From: an uncultured Clostridia bacterium
GTDB taxonomy: Bacteria > Acidobacteriota > Aminicenantia > UBA2199
Reading direction: 5' to 3'
Length of the DNA: 64,000 nucleotides
Assembly: GCA_964562095.1 (NCBI GenBank)
Contig: CAZLSH010000002.1
Span: forward strand, 9,597-73,596
Shown: positions 1-9,400 of the stretch, in pieces
Numbering within the stretch: the stretch's first letter is position 1
How the letters are laid out: each line of letters opens with the position of its first letter
Translations under genes and position numbers: made by a program
Notes under the pieces: model-generated
What the model was told of the DNA's origin: nothing
The model's input: only the letters and a program-made list of their open reading frames with translations
Database searches by the model: none

Positions 1-347
1 TCCTGCTGTCCACCGGAAGGCTGCTCTACCACTACCACACCGGCAGCATGAGCCGGCGCACCGAGGCGCTGCCGCAGTACGTCCCCGGCCCCTTCATGGA
101 GATGCATGCCGCCGATTTGAAACGCCTGGGCATTGCCAGCGGCGAAAAAGTGAAGGTATCGTCGCGGCGCGGCTCGATCGCTATCGAAGCCCGCGAAAGC
201 TTCCGCGTCGACGAGGGTTCGGTGTTCATCACCTTCCACTTCGCCGAGGCGGCGGCCAACCTGCTGACCAACGACGCCTTCGACCCCATCGCCAAGATCC
301 CCGAGTTCAAGGTGGCCGCCTGCCGGATCGAGGCCATACGGCCGTAA
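1..347 (+). CDS. Molybdopterin oxidoreductase (formate-dehydrogenase/MopB-type), C-terminal molybdopterin-dinucleotide-binding domain; 5-prime partial (the reading frame is open from base 3, upstream of the listed ATG at 48)
   Basis: Frame 3 is open from the window edge (LLSTGRLLYHYHTGSMSRR...). The C-terminal motifs LYHYHTG and FHFAEAAANLLTNDAFDPIAKIPEFK are typical of MopB-superfamily catalytic subunits. Confidence 0.55.
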   Translation, partial: LLSTGRLLYHYHTGSMSRRTEALPQYVPGPFMEMHAADLKRLGIASGEKVKVSSRRGSIAIEARESFRVDEGSVFITFHFAEAAANLLTNDAFDPIAKIPEFKVAACRIEAIRP

Positions 348-438
348 GCGGTCAACAGGTCCGTGGCCGGCTGATCGCCGGTGCGGCGGTCGCGCCAGCC
401 GTGTTTTGCTGAAGCGGGGCCCTGGATGGTTTTGTGGG

Positions 439-1335
439 TCAAGCCTTGAAGTCCGAGAAACGCGCGAGCAGGAAAGCGATCATGGCCTGGTTGTGGGGGA
501 GCTGGCGGCGGTCCCTTTTAACATAGATGCAGAACTGGTCATCCATCCAGTCCCGGCCGGGGAAGAGATCGACCAGCAGCCCGTGGCGCAGTTCTCCCTC
601 GACGGTGTAGCGGGGGACGAAGGCCACGCCGATGCCGGCCAGCGCCCCGTTGATCAGGCCGCGCACGTGGTTGATCTGCATGATGTGCGCCAGCATCGTG
701 GAACCCTCCTTGGGCAGCGCCATGACGAAGTTGTTCCACCATTCGCCCTGCTCATCCAGGGATAATACGGTCACGCGCGCAAGGTCGTCCGGATTCCGCA
801 GGCGGTGCTTCCTGGCAAAGGCAGGGGCGGCGATCACTACGTAGCGTTCGCGGAAGAGGAATTCGCGCTCGACTTCCCGATGATGGCATGGCCTGCAGTC
901 GACGATCAGGTCCAGCTCATCCCGCAGCAATGGGGCGTGAAGATTATGGGAAAACGTGCAGTGCAGGCGGATGCCGGGGTGCTCGGGAATGAAGCGCGCG
1001 AGCTCGCGCAGCAGCAGCGTGGTGCCGAACTCCACGGGTGCGCCCAGCACCAATTTTTGTCGCAGTTGGCCGCCATTTCCCCGCAGTACGCCCTCGCACC
1101 TCTCGATCTCGCCGAAGATGCGGTCGCAGGTCCGGAACAGTTCCTCGCCGGCCTCGGTAAGCTCGTACTCTTTGCCCCGGCGGACGAACAGCCGGGTTTC
1201 CGAGGAAAGTTCCAATTTTTTCAGGGCATGGCTTACCGCCGACTGCGTGACGAACATGCGCTCGGCGGTTTGGGTGACATTGCGCACCCTGGCGAACATC
1301 CAGAATGTTTTTAGTTGGTTTAAATCGATGGCCAT
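439..1335 (-). CDS. LysR-family transcriptional regulator
   Basis: N-terminal HTH (LKTFWMFARVRNVTQTAERMFVTQSAVSHALKKLE), a ~300-aa LysR substrate-binding fold, and divergent orientation to the aldehyde dehydrogenase pair. Confidence 0.85.
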   Translation of the reverse strand: MAIDLNQLKTFWMFARVRNVTQTAERMFVTQSAVSHALKKLELSSETRLFVRRGKEYELTEAGEELFRTCDRIFGEIERCEGVLRGNGGQLRQKLVLGAPVEFGTTLLLRELARFIPEHPGIRLHCTFSHNLHAPLLRDELDLIVDCRPCHHREVEREFLFRERYVVIAAPAFARKHRLRNPDDLARVTVLSLDEQGEWWNNFVMALPKEGSTMLAHIMQINHVRGLINGALAGIGVAFVPRYTVEGELRHGLLVDLFPGRDWMDDQFCIYVKRDRRQLPHNQAMIAFLLARFSDFKA

Positions 1336-1456
1336 GTTGGAGAATTAAATTTATTCATACTTGGCATGACTATTATGAAATATGTTTATGCCCGATCCGA
1401 TGGTATATTACTGGGGAAGTGATGTCAAGGGCGTCGTCCCCAACGGAGGAGGCAAC

Positions 1457-3103
1457 ATGGAAAATGCTTGTTTTCAGATCCCGGCGCCGGAGAATGAGCC
1501 CGTGGGTTCCTATGCTTCCGGGTCATGGGAACGGTCGCAACTGGAGATTGAGCTTGAGAGACAATACCGGCAGCGGCTGGAGATCCCCCTGCGCATCGGC
1601 GGCAGGGAAGTGCGCACCGGCTGCATCGGTAAAGCGGTATGTCCGCATGATCATGGCCATGTGCTGGCCGAGTTCCATCAGGCTGGGGAAAAAGAAATCC
1701 ACCTGGCCATTGCCGCCGCTCTGGCTGCCCGGGAAAAGTGGGTCCGGCTGCCATGGTTCGAGCGCGCCGCTGTTTTTATGAAGGCCGCCGAGCTGGTCAC
1801 GGGAAAATACCGCTTCCTCATCAACGCCGCTACCATGCTCAACCAGAGCAAAAATCCGCACGAGGCCGAGATCGATGCCGTCGCCGAGCTGGCCGATTTC
1901 CTGCGCTTCAATGCCTACTTCATGCAGAAGATCTACGCGGAGCAGCCGCAGGTTCATGCGTCCGGCTCGTGGAACCGTTCCCACTACCGGCCGCTGGAGG
2001 GATTCGTTTTTGCGGTTTCCCCGTTCAATTTCACTTCCATCGCCGGCAACCTGGCCGCCGCGCCTGCCCTGATGGGCAATGCGGTGGTCTGGAAGCCGGC
2101 CTCAACGTCCGTGCTCAGCAACCACTACCTGATGGAGATCTACCGTGAGGCCGGGCTGCCCGACGGTGTGATCAATTTCGTTCCCGGACCCGGAGCCGTG
2201 GTCGGCCCGGCCGCCCTCGACCACGACCTATTGGCTGGAGTGCATTACACGGGTTCCACGGAGGTTTTCAGTTCGATGTGGACGACCGTGGGCAGCAAGA
2301 TCAGGAAATACCGCTGCTATCCGCGGCTGGTTGGCGAGACGGGCGGAAAGGATTTTGTCATTGTGCATCCAAGCGCCGACCTGGATGCCGCCGCAATCGC
2401 CCTGGCGCGCGGCGCCTTCGAATATCAAGGGCAGAAGTGCTCGGCCGTTTCCAGGGCTTATATCGCCGAGTCCAGCTGGCCCGGCCTCTGGGGACGGCTG
2501 GCGCCGCTGATCGACGATATCCGCAGACAAATGGGCGATCCCCGCGATTTTTGCTCTTTCAACGCCGTGATCTCCCGGGAGTCGTTCGCTCGCGCCATGG
2601 CGGTTTTCAACCAGGTCCGCCGCGACGACGGGGCGGAGGTGATCGCCGGCGGCAGCGGCGATGACCGGGTCGGCTACTTCATCGAGCCAACCGTGGTCCT
2701 GGCAAAAGATCCACTCCATGCCGCCATGCGCGAGGAATTCTTCTCGCCCATTTTGACGGTCCACGTTTTCCCCGATGCACGCTATGAGGAGATCCTGCGG
2801 ATCTGTGATTCCTCCACTCCCTACGCCCTTACCGGTGCCCTCTTTGCTGGGGACCGCGAAGTAATCGCCAAAACCCTGGATTTGCTGGGCCATGCGGCCG
2901 GGAATTTTTACATCAATGACAAGCCGACCGGAGCGGTGGTCGGCCAGCAGCCTTTCGGCGGCGGCCGCGCCTCCGGGACCAACGATAAGGCGGGCTCCCG
3001 CCTCAACCTGCTGCGCTGGACCAGCCCGCAGACCATCAAGGAGAATTTTTCGCCGCCACGAGAGCTCCGTTACCCCTTCATGAACAAGGAGAACCGCCAA
3101 TGA
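1457..3103 (+). CDS. Aldehyde dehydrogenase, 1-pyrroline-5-carboxylate (L-glutamate gamma-semialdehyde) dehydrogenase-like
   Basis: ALDH-superfamily length and motifs (VSPFNFT, GETGGKDF, EYQGQKCSA), with a RocA/P5CDH-like N-terminus. A strong GGAGGAGG RBS 5 nt upstream of the ATG at 1457 is preferred over the ORF-track start at 1382. Confidence 0.7.
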   Translation: MENACFQIPAPENEPVGSYASGSWERSQLEIELERQYRQRLEIPLRIGGREVRTGCIGKAVCPHDHGHVLAEFHQAGEKEIHLAIAAALAAREKWVRLPWFERAAVFMKAAELVTGKYRFLINAATMLNQSKNPHEAEIDAVAELADFLRFNAYFMQKIYAEQPQVHASGSWNRSHYRPLEGFVFAVSPFNFTSIAGNLAAAPALMGNAVVWKPASTSVLSNHYLMEIYREAGLPDGVINFVPGPGAVVGPAALDHDLLAGVHYTGSTEVFSSMWTTVGSKIRKYRCYPRLVGETGGKDFVIVHPSADLDAAAIALARGAFEYQGQKCSAVSRAYIAESSWPGLWGRLAPLIDDIRRQMGDPRDFCSFNAVISRESFARAMAVFNQVRRDDGAEVIAGGSGDDRVGYFIEPTVVLAKDPLHAAMREEFFSPILTVHVFPDARYEEILRICDSSTPYALTGALFAGDREVIAKTLDLLGHAAGNFYINDKPTGAVVGQQPFGGGRASGTNDKAGSRLNLLRWTSPQTIKENFSPPRELRYPFMNKENRQ

Positions 3104-4671
3104 GACGCGAAATTATTCTGGCGCCGTCGAGCACGGCGGAGGTGAAAGACCGGTTGTTCGTGGAGTTGGGGCTGGCCGCTGAAAATCCAGGCGCCTGCCA
3201 TGGCCCCTGGCTCGGCGCGCAGGGTGCCGCGATCGCCAGCCGTACCCCGATCGACGGCAGCCTGCTGGCCACGGTGCGCGTTGCGGGCGGAGACGATTAC
3301 GAAACCGTCGTGGCCAGCGCAATGGAGGCGTTCCGGTCATGGCGCTGCGTTCCCGCTCCACGGCGCGGCGAGGTGATCCATGCGCTCGGAAATGAGCTTC
3401 GGCATTGCAAGGATTCGTTGGGCACCCTGATTTCCATGGAAATGGGAAAGATCAAGGAAGAAGGGGATGGCGAGGTCCAGGAGATGATCGATATCTGCAA
3501 TTTCGCCGTAGGGCTATCCCGGCAGCTGTATGGCAAATCGATGCATAGCGAGCGGGTCGACAGCCGCATGTACGAACAATGGCAGCCGCTGGGGGTCGTC
3601 GGCCTGATCACGGCATTCAACTTTCCCGCCGCGGTATGGGCGTGGAATTTCGCCATTGCCGCGGTCGCGGGCGATGTGACGATCTGGAAACCCTCGTCGA
3701 AAACGCCTCTGACAGCCATCGCCATCACCCGCATCGTTCAGCGGGTACTGGCGGAAGCGGGATTCGCGGGCGCTGTCGCCTCGCTGCTCATCGGCAGCGG
3801 CGCCGGGATCGGCGAGCGGCTGATCGCCGACCGGAGATTGGCGCTGATCTCCGCCACCGGTTCGACCCGCATGGGGCGGCGCATCGGGCGGGTGGTGGGC
3901 GAGCGGCTGGGACGCACTCTGCTCGAACTGGGAGGGAACAACGCCATGATCGTCAGCGAACATGCCGACCTGCCGCTGGCCCTGCAGGCGACGCTCTTCG
4001 GCGCGATCGGGACGGCGGGCCAGCGCTGCACCTCCACCCGCCGGCTATTCGTGCAGGAGAGCGTCCATGAACGTTTTCTGGGCAGCCTGGTCGAAGCCTA
4101 CCGCCAGGTCCCCATCGGCGACCCCTTGCTGCCGGGAACCCTGATGGGGCCCCTGGTGGACCCGCAGGCGGTTGCCGACATGCAGCGGGCGCTGGCCAGG
4201 CTGGCGGAGGCAGGTGGCCTTATCCTCTGGGGCGGGGAACCTCTCGCCGGTCCGGGATTTCCTGGCGGCGCTTATGTGCGGCCCTGCCTGGCCGTGGCCG
4301 AGAACCGGTGGCCGGTGGTCCAGGAGGAAACTTTCGCCCCGATCCTGTATGTCATGAAGTATCGCACGCTGGACGATGCCATCGCCATGCAGAACGACGT
4401 TCCCCAGGGATTGAGTTCGGCCATTTTTTCGGAGCGGCTGCGCGAAGCGGAGCAATTCCTTTCGCAGCGGGGCAGCGACTGCGGCATTGCCAATATCAAC
4501 ACCGGCACCAGCGGGGCCGAGATCGGCGGGGCTTTCGGCGGCGAGAAAGACACCGGCGGCGGACGCGAATCGGGTTCCGATGCCTGGAAGGCCTACATGC
4601 GGCGGCAGACGGTCAACCTCAACTGGGGATCAACCCTGCCGCTGGCCCAGGGCGTCCGCTTTTCGTTCTGA
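3100..4671 (+). CDS. ALDH7-family aldehyde dehydrogenase (alpha-aminoadipic semialdehyde / piperideine-6-carboxylate dehydrogenase-like)
   Basis: Long colinear similarity to antiquitin-type ALDH7 (GEVQEMIDICNFAVGLSRQLYG, ITAFNFPAAVWAWN, ELGGNNA, GTAGQRCTSTRRLF, ETFAPILYVMKY, GIANINTGTSGAEIGGAFGGEKDTGGGRESGSDAWKAYMRRQT). The start overlaps the upstream stop (ATGA), with an AAGGAG RBS. Confidence 0.85.
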   Translation: MRREIILAPSSTAEVKDRLFVELGLAAENPGACHGPWLGAQGAAIASRTPIDGSLLATVRVAGGDDYETVVASAMEAFRSWRCVPAPRRGEVIHALGNELRHCKDSLGTLISMEMGKIKEEGDGEVQEMIDICNFAVGLSRQLYGKSMHSERVDSRMYEQWQPLGVVGLITAFNFPAAVWAWNFAIAAVAGDVTIWKPSSKTPLTAIAITRIVQRVLAEAGFAGAVASLLIGSGAGIGERLIADRRLALISATGSTRMGRRIGRVVGERLGRTLLELGGNNAMIVSEHADLPLALQATLFGAIGTAGQRCTSTRRLFVQESVHERFLGSLVEAYRQVPIGDPLLPGTLMGPLVDPQAVADMQRALARLAEAGGLILWGGEPLAGPGFPGGAYVRPCLAVAENRWPVVQEETFAPILYVMKYRTLDDAIAMQNDVPQGLSSAIFSERLREAEQFLSQRGSDCGIANINTGTSGAEIGGAFGGEKDTGGGRESGSDAWKAYMRRQTVNLNWGSTLPLAQGVRFSF

Positions 4672-4744
4672 GGCCGGCCAGCAACGTGGCCGCGGAATGG
4701 GGGCAGTATTAATTCCAGTCATCCCCGCCATAAACGGAATGAAT

Positions 4745-4773
4745 TATTCGCGTACGAAAGTCCGTGGTATATT
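4745..4773 (+). promoter_or_regulatory. Possible sigma70-type -10 element (TATATT at 4768-4773) upstream of hydA
   Basis: A TATATT hexamer lies ~60 nt upstream of the hydA ATG in a locally AT-richer intergenic stretch. The -35 is weak. Confidence 0.2.
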
Positions 4774-4831
4774 GTTAAGGAATTAATGACATGGGTGATT
4801 TCCGGAAAATGTCGGCAGCAGGTGAACAACG

Positions 4832-6640
4832 ATGAGCGAAGCGATCAAACTGACCGTGGACGGAAAAGAAACGGCCGTCGAGCCCGGAACGACCATTCTG
4901 GAAGCCGCCCGTCAGCTGGGCATCCGCATTCCCAGCTTGTGCTACCACCCCAACCTTTGTCCCACCGCCTCGTGCGGGATCTGCGTAATCGAGATTGCCG
5001 GCATATCCGGGCTGAAACGCTCCTGCTGCACTCCGGCCGAGAACGGCATGAAAGTGACGACCAACTCCAGGACCCTGCGTTCCCTGCGCAAGACACTGGT
5101 CGAACTGATCCTCTCCAACCATGCCAGCGAGTGCCCGACCTGCGTGGCCAATGGCAGATGCGAACTGCAGGATCTGGCCAACGCCATGGGCGTCGATTTC
5201 AACCGCTTCCAGCGCATTGTGGCTGACAAGCCGGTCGACGAGTCCAGCCCAGCGGTGCATCGCGATCCGAAGAAGTGCATCGCCTGCGGCCGCTGCGTCA
5301 CCGTCTGCAACGATATCCAGTCGGTGGCGGCGATCAGCATGGTCAACCGCGGTTTTGACGTCAGTGTCAACACATTTTTCAACGAGGGGCTGGGACGCAG
5401 CGCTTGCGTCAACTGCGGCCAATGCACCGTGTTCTGCCCGACCGGCGCCCTGCGCGAGCGCGGCGAGACCGACGATGTCTGGAACGCCATTCTCGATCCG
5501 GGCAAGATCGTCGTGGTTCAGGAAGCGCCCTCCATCCGCGTCACCCTGGCCGAGGAATTCGGCATGGAGATGGGCACGGTGACCGTGGGCAAGATGTACG
5601 CCGCCCTGAAAAAGATGGGTTTCGATTATGTGTTCGACACCAACTTCACCGCTGATTTAACCATCATGGAGGAGAGCAGCGAACTGATCGGGCGCGTGAA
5701 GAACGGCGGTCTGCTGCCGCTGATCACGTCCTGCTCGCCGGGTTGGATCAAGTTCATGGAGACTTATTTCCCTGACCTGGCCGGCCAGACCTCAACCTGC
5801 AAATCGCCGCAGCAGATGTTCGGGACCCTGGTCAAGACCTATTTTGCCAGGGAAAAAAGCCTCGACCCGGCCAGGATCGTTTCGGTTTCGATCATGCCCT
5901 GCACGGCCAAGAAATTCGAAGCGGACCGTCCGGAAATGTGCGCTTCGGGATACCGGGATGTCGACTACGTATTAACCACCCGCGAATTCGTGCGCATGAT
6001 CAAGGAAGCCAAGATCGATTTCAAGAACCTGCCCGCTGAAAGTCCGGATGAACTGCTGGCCAGCTATACCGGGGCTGCCACGATTTTCGGCGCCACCGGA
6101 GGGGTCATGGAGGCTGCCATCCGCTCGGCCTATTTTCTGCTGGCCGGAAAGAACCTCGCTGATCTGGATGTCAAGGCTGTCCGTGGCCTGGAAGGGATCA
6201 AGGAGGCCACACTGACCATCCCGGCCCAGGGGTTGGGTGACCTGACCGTCAAGGTGGCCGTGGCCCACGGCCTGGGCAATGCCCGGTCCCTGATGGACAA
6301 GGTGCGTGAGCAGATCCGCACTACCGGTAAAAGCGAATATGCCTTCATCGAGATCATGGCCTGCCCCGGCGGCTGCGTCGGTGGCGGCGGCCAGCCATAT
6401 GGCAGCGTCATTGCCGACCGCGCCCGTCGCGGCGAGGGGCTCTACCGCGAGGACAGGGGCATGGCCAAGCGCCAATCCCACGACAACCCCGGCGTCCAGC
6501 TCGTCTACGAGAAATTCCTCGGCCATCCAGGCTCGGAGATGTCCCACAAGTTGCTGCACACACATTATTTCGAGCGCAGCCTGCTCAACGGGGCTTGCGT
6601 CAAGGAAGCGACCCGCAAGCCCGCCGGGCACCACGGTTGA
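4832..6640 (+). CDS. hydA: [FeFe]-hydrogenase catalytic subunit, CpI-type (N-terminal 2Fe-2S, His-ligated 4Fe-4S, two ferredoxin 4Fe-4S clusters, H-cluster domain)
   Basis: H-cluster motifs IMPCTAKKFE (L2) and EIMACPGGCVGGGGQP (L3); L1 reads TSCSPGW rather than canonical TSCCPxW. Accessory clusters: CYHPNLCPTASCGIC, HASECPTCVANGRC, CIACGRCVTVCN, CVNCGQCTVFCP. Followed by hydF-hydG-hydE. Confidence 0.9.
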   Translation: MSEAIKLTVDGKETAVEPGTTILEAARQLGIRIPSLCYHPNLCPTASCGICVIEIAGISGLKRSCCTPAENGMKVTTNSRTLRSLRKTLVELILSNHASECPTCVANGRCELQDLANAMGVDFNRFQRIVADKPVDESSPAVHRDPKKCIACGRCVTVCNDIQSVAAISMVNRGFDVSVNTFFNEGLGRSACVNCGQCTVFCPTGALRERGETDDVWNAILDPGKIVVVQEAPSIRVTLAEEFGMEMGTVTVGKMYAALKKMGFDYVFDTNFTADLTIMEESSELIGRVKNGGLLPLITSCSPGWIKFMETYFPDLAGQTSTCKSPQQMFGTLVKTYFAREKSLDPARIVSVSIMPCTAKKFEADRPEMCASGYRDVDYVLTTREFVRMIKEAKIDFKNLPAESPDELLASYTGAATIFGATGGVMEAAIRSAYFLLAGKNLADLDVKAVRGLEGIKEATLTIPAQGLGDLTVKVAVAHGLGNARSLMDKVREQIRTTGKSEYAFIEIMACPGGCVGGGGQPYGSVIADRARRGEGLYREDRGMAKRQSHDNPGVQLVYEKFLGHPGSEMSHKLLHTHYFERSLLNGACVKEATRKPAGHHG

Positions 6641-6659
6641 GGCGATGGCTGAGTCGGAA

Positions 6660-6687
6660 AAGGGCAGCGCGCGGCGGCCCTTTTTTA
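6660..6687 (+). terminator. GC-rich hairpin plus T6, candidate intrinsic terminator after hydA
   Basis: GGGCAGCGCGCGGCGGCCC followed by TTTTTT, 20 nt after the hydA stop. Confidence 0.4.
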
Positions 6688-6691
6688 GCGA

Positions 6692-6720
6692 TGGCAAAAC
6701 CATGCCGGCTGGGTTATAAT
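6692..6720 (+). promoter_or_regulatory. Candidate sigma70 promoter for hydFGE (TGGCAA-17 nt-TATAAT)
   Basis: A perfect TATAAT at 6715-6720 with a TGGCAA -35-like hexamer 17 nt upstream, ~50 nt before hydF. Confidence 0.35.
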
Positions 6721-6768
6721 TAAGCGCAATGCGCAGTTTTCACGATCTGTTCACGGGGGAGGGCGTCC

Positions 6769-8016
6769 ATGGCTGAAAAGGCCATGCGCGGCGACCGGCT
6801 GCACATCGCCATCTTCGGCCGGCGCAACGCCGGCAAGTCGTCGCTGATCAACGCTCTGACCGGCCAGCCGGTGGCCATCGTCTCCGACGTGCCCGGGACG
6901 ACCACCGACCCGGTTTTCAAGGCCATCGAGTTCCAGCCCATCGGCCCGGCGGTGCTGATCGACACGGCGGGGATCGACGACCGCGCCGAGGGGCTGGGAG
7001 CGGAGCGGGTCAAGAAGGCGGCCGCCGTCCTGGAAAAGAGCGACCTGGCCCTGCTGGTGGTCGACGCCGCCGCCGATGATTTCGCTCACGAGGACGAGCT
7101 GCTGGAGAAGTTCCGCCGGCGCTCCATCCCGGTCATCGTCGTGGCCAACAAGACCGACCTGGCGCCGGGGCGGGGGAGCGACTGGTTCCGCGACAAGACC
7201 TGCGTGCGCGTCAGCGCCCTGTCCGGAGCCGGCCTGGATGAGCTGCGGCGGCTCATCCTGGAGATCGCCCCCAGCCAATGGGAGCCGCCCTTCCTGCGCG
7301 ACCTGGTCCGCGCCGGGGACGTGGTGGTGCTGGTGGTGCCCATCGACAGCGGCGCCCCCAAGGGGCGGCTGATCATGCCCCAGGTCAAGGCCCTGCGCGA
7401 CGCCCTGGACGGCGGCGCCATGCCGCTGAGCTGCCGCGAGAGCGAGCTGGCCGCGGCCCTCGCCGCCCTGCGCGCCCGCCCGGCGCTGGTGGTGACCGAC
7501 TCGCAGGCTTTCGCGCCGGTCGCCGCCGTCGTCCCCGCCGAGGTTCCGCTGACCTCCTTCTCCATCCTCTCGGCGCGGCAGAAAGGCGACCTGCCCAGCC
7601 TGGTGGAGGGCGTCCTCGCCGTGCCGCGGCTTCGGGCCGGGGACCGGGTGCTGATCGCCGAGTCGTGCTCCCACCACCCGCTGCCGGACGACATCGGCCG
7701 GGTGAAGCTGCCGCGCTGGCTGAACGAGTACGCCGGCGGCGGCCTCAGGATCGAAACCGTCCCCGGCAGCGCCTACCCAGACGACCTGTCGGCCTACCGG
7801 CTGGTGGTGCACTGCGGCGCCTGCACCCTCAACCGCCGCGAGATGCTGCGCCGCCAGGAGCTGCCCGCCCGGGCCGGGGTGGCGATGACCAACTACGGGG
7901 TGTTGATATCGTTCTTGAAGGGCGTCTTCCCGCGGGCGCTGCGGCCCTTCTCCGAGCTGTACGCCCGCTACCAGCATACCGCCTGGCCGCGCGGCCGGGG
8001 GCAAGGAGCGGACTGA
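6769..8016 (+). CDS. hydF: [FeFe]-hydrogenase maturation GTPase HydF
   Basis: N-terminal GTPase P-loop (IAIFGRRNAGKSSLINALTG, DTAG, NKTD) and a C-terminal FeS-scaffold CxH...HCxxC motif (ESCSHH...VVHCGAC). A GGGGGAGGG RBS precedes it. Confidence 0.9.
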   Translation: MAEKAMRGDRLHIAIFGRRNAGKSSLINALTGQPVAIVSDVPGTTTDPVFKAIEFQPIGPAVLIDTAGIDDRAEGLGAERVKKAAAVLEKSDLALLVVDAAADDFAHEDELLEKFRRRSIPVIVVANKTDLAPGRGSDWFRDKTCVRVSALSGAGLDELRRLILEIAPSQWEPPFLRDLVRAGDVVVLVVPIDSGAPKGRLIMPQVKALRDALDGGAMPLSCRESELAAALAALRARPALVVTDSQAFAPVAAVVPAEVPLTSFSILSARQKGDLPSLVEGVLAVPRLRAGDRVLIAESCSHHPLPDDIGRVKLPRWLNEYAGGGLRIETVPGSAYPDDLSAYRLVVHCGACTLNRREMLRRQELPARAGVAMTNYGVLISFLKGVFPRALRPFSELYARYQHTAWPRGRGQGAD

Positions 8017-8017
8017 A

Positions 8018-9400
8018 ATGGATAGCGGATTCATCGACCACGCCAGAATATTCTCCTGCCTGGATAGCGCCCGGCCGCCCGACCGCCGGGAAACAGCCGA
8101 CATCCTGGCCAGGGCGCGGCAGCTCAAGGGGCTCGACTTTGCCGAAGCGGCGCGGCTGCTGCTGCTCGAGGACGAGGAGAGCCTGGCCGAGATCTTCGCC
8201 GCCGCCCTGTTCGCCAAGAGCGAGATCTACGGCAAGCGCCTGGTCCTCTTCGCGCCGCTGTACGTGTCGAACCTGTGCAACAACGAGTGCCTCTACTGCG
8301 CCTTCCGCAAGAGCAACGACCGGATCACGCGCCGCACCCTCCGCCAGGAGGAGATCCGCCGCGAGACCGAGCGGCTGGTCGACCAGGGGCACAAGCGCGT
8401 GCTGCTGGTGTCGGGCGAGGGGCTGGGCGAGGCCGCCCTGGGCTATTCGCTGCAGGCCATCGAGACGATCTACTCGGTCAAGCGCGGCGACGGCGAGATC
8501 CGCCGTGTGAACATCAACGTCGCCGCCCTGCCGGTCGACGCCTACCGCCAGCTGAAGGCGGCCCGCGTCGGCACCTACCAGCTGTTCCAGGAGACCTACC
8601 ATTATGACACCTTTCGCCGCATGCACCCCAGCGGGCCCAAGGCCGACTATCTCTACCACCTGACGGCCATGGACCGCGCCATGCAGGGCGGCATTGACGA
8701 CGTCGGCGTCGGCGTCCTGTTCGGCCTCTACGACTACCGCTTCGAGGTCCTGGCCCTGCTGCAGCACATCCGCCACCTGGAGCAGGCCTTCGGCGTCGGC
8801 TGCCACACCATCTCGCTGCCGCGCATCGAGCCGGCCACCGGCTCCGACCTGTCGCTGCACCCGCCGCACGCCGTGTCCGACGCCGACTTCCGCAAGATCA
8901 TCGCCGTGCTGCGCCTGAGCGTGCCCTACACGGGCATGATCCTCTCCACCCGCGAGAACGCCGCCATGCGCCGCGAGGCCTTCTCGCTGGGCGTCTCGCA
9001 GATCAGCGCCGGCTCGCGCACCAACCCCGGCGGCTACTCCCACGGCGACAGCGGCGAACAGTTCTCCCTGGGCGACCACCGCGACCTGGAGGAGGTCGTC
9101 CGGGACATCGTCGGCCACGGCTACATCCCCTCGTTCTGCACCGGCTGCTACCGCCTGGGCCGCACCGGCGCCGACTTCATGGACCTGGCCAAGCCGGGGC
9201 TGATCAAGCTCTATTGCCTGCCCAACGCCATGACGACGTTCAAGGAGTACCTGGTCCATTACGCGTCCCCGGAGACGCGTGCGTCCGGCGAGGAGCTCAT
9301 CGAGAGCATGATGGCCGACATCCCGGATGCGGAGGTCCGCGGGACGACCCGCAATAACCTGGGGCGGATCGAGGCCGGCGCCAAGGACCTCTACCTGTAG
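8018..9400 (+). CDS. hydG: [FeFe]-hydrogenase maturase HydG (radical-SAM tyrosine lyase)
   Basis: Radical-SAM CNNECLYC motif, ThiH-like length of 460 aa, and a C-terminal CX2CX22C auxiliary-cluster motif (CTGC...22 residues...C). An AAGGAG RBS precedes it. Confidence 0.85.
   Translation: MDSGFIDHARIFSCLDSARPPDRRETADILARARQLKGLDFAEAARLLLLEDEESLAEIFAAALFAKSEIYGKRLVLFAPLYVSNLCNNECLYCAFRKSNDRITRRTLRQEEIRRETERLVDQGHKRVLLVSGEGLGEAALGYSLQAIETIYSVKRGDGEIRRVNINVAALPVDAYRQLKAARVGTYQLFQETYHYDTFRRMHPSGPKADYLYHLTAMDRAMQGGIDDVGVGVLFGLYDYRFEVLALLQHIRHLEQAFGVGCHTISLPRIEPATGSDLSLHPPHAVSDADFRKIIAVLRLSVPYTGMILSTRENAAMRREAFSLGVSQISAGSRTNPGGYSHGDSGEQFSLGDHRDLEEVVRDIVGHGYIPSFCTGCYRLGRTGADFMDLAKPGLIKLYCLPNAMTTFKEYLVHYASPETRASGEELIESMMADIPDAEVRGTTRNNLGRIEAGAKDLYL

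Noticed and set aside
1382-1456. Upstream extension of the P5CDH-like gene (start at 1382)
   Set aside because: A much stronger RBS (GGAGGAGG) precedes the ATG at 1457, and the MENACFQ start gives a family-typical length of 548 aa.
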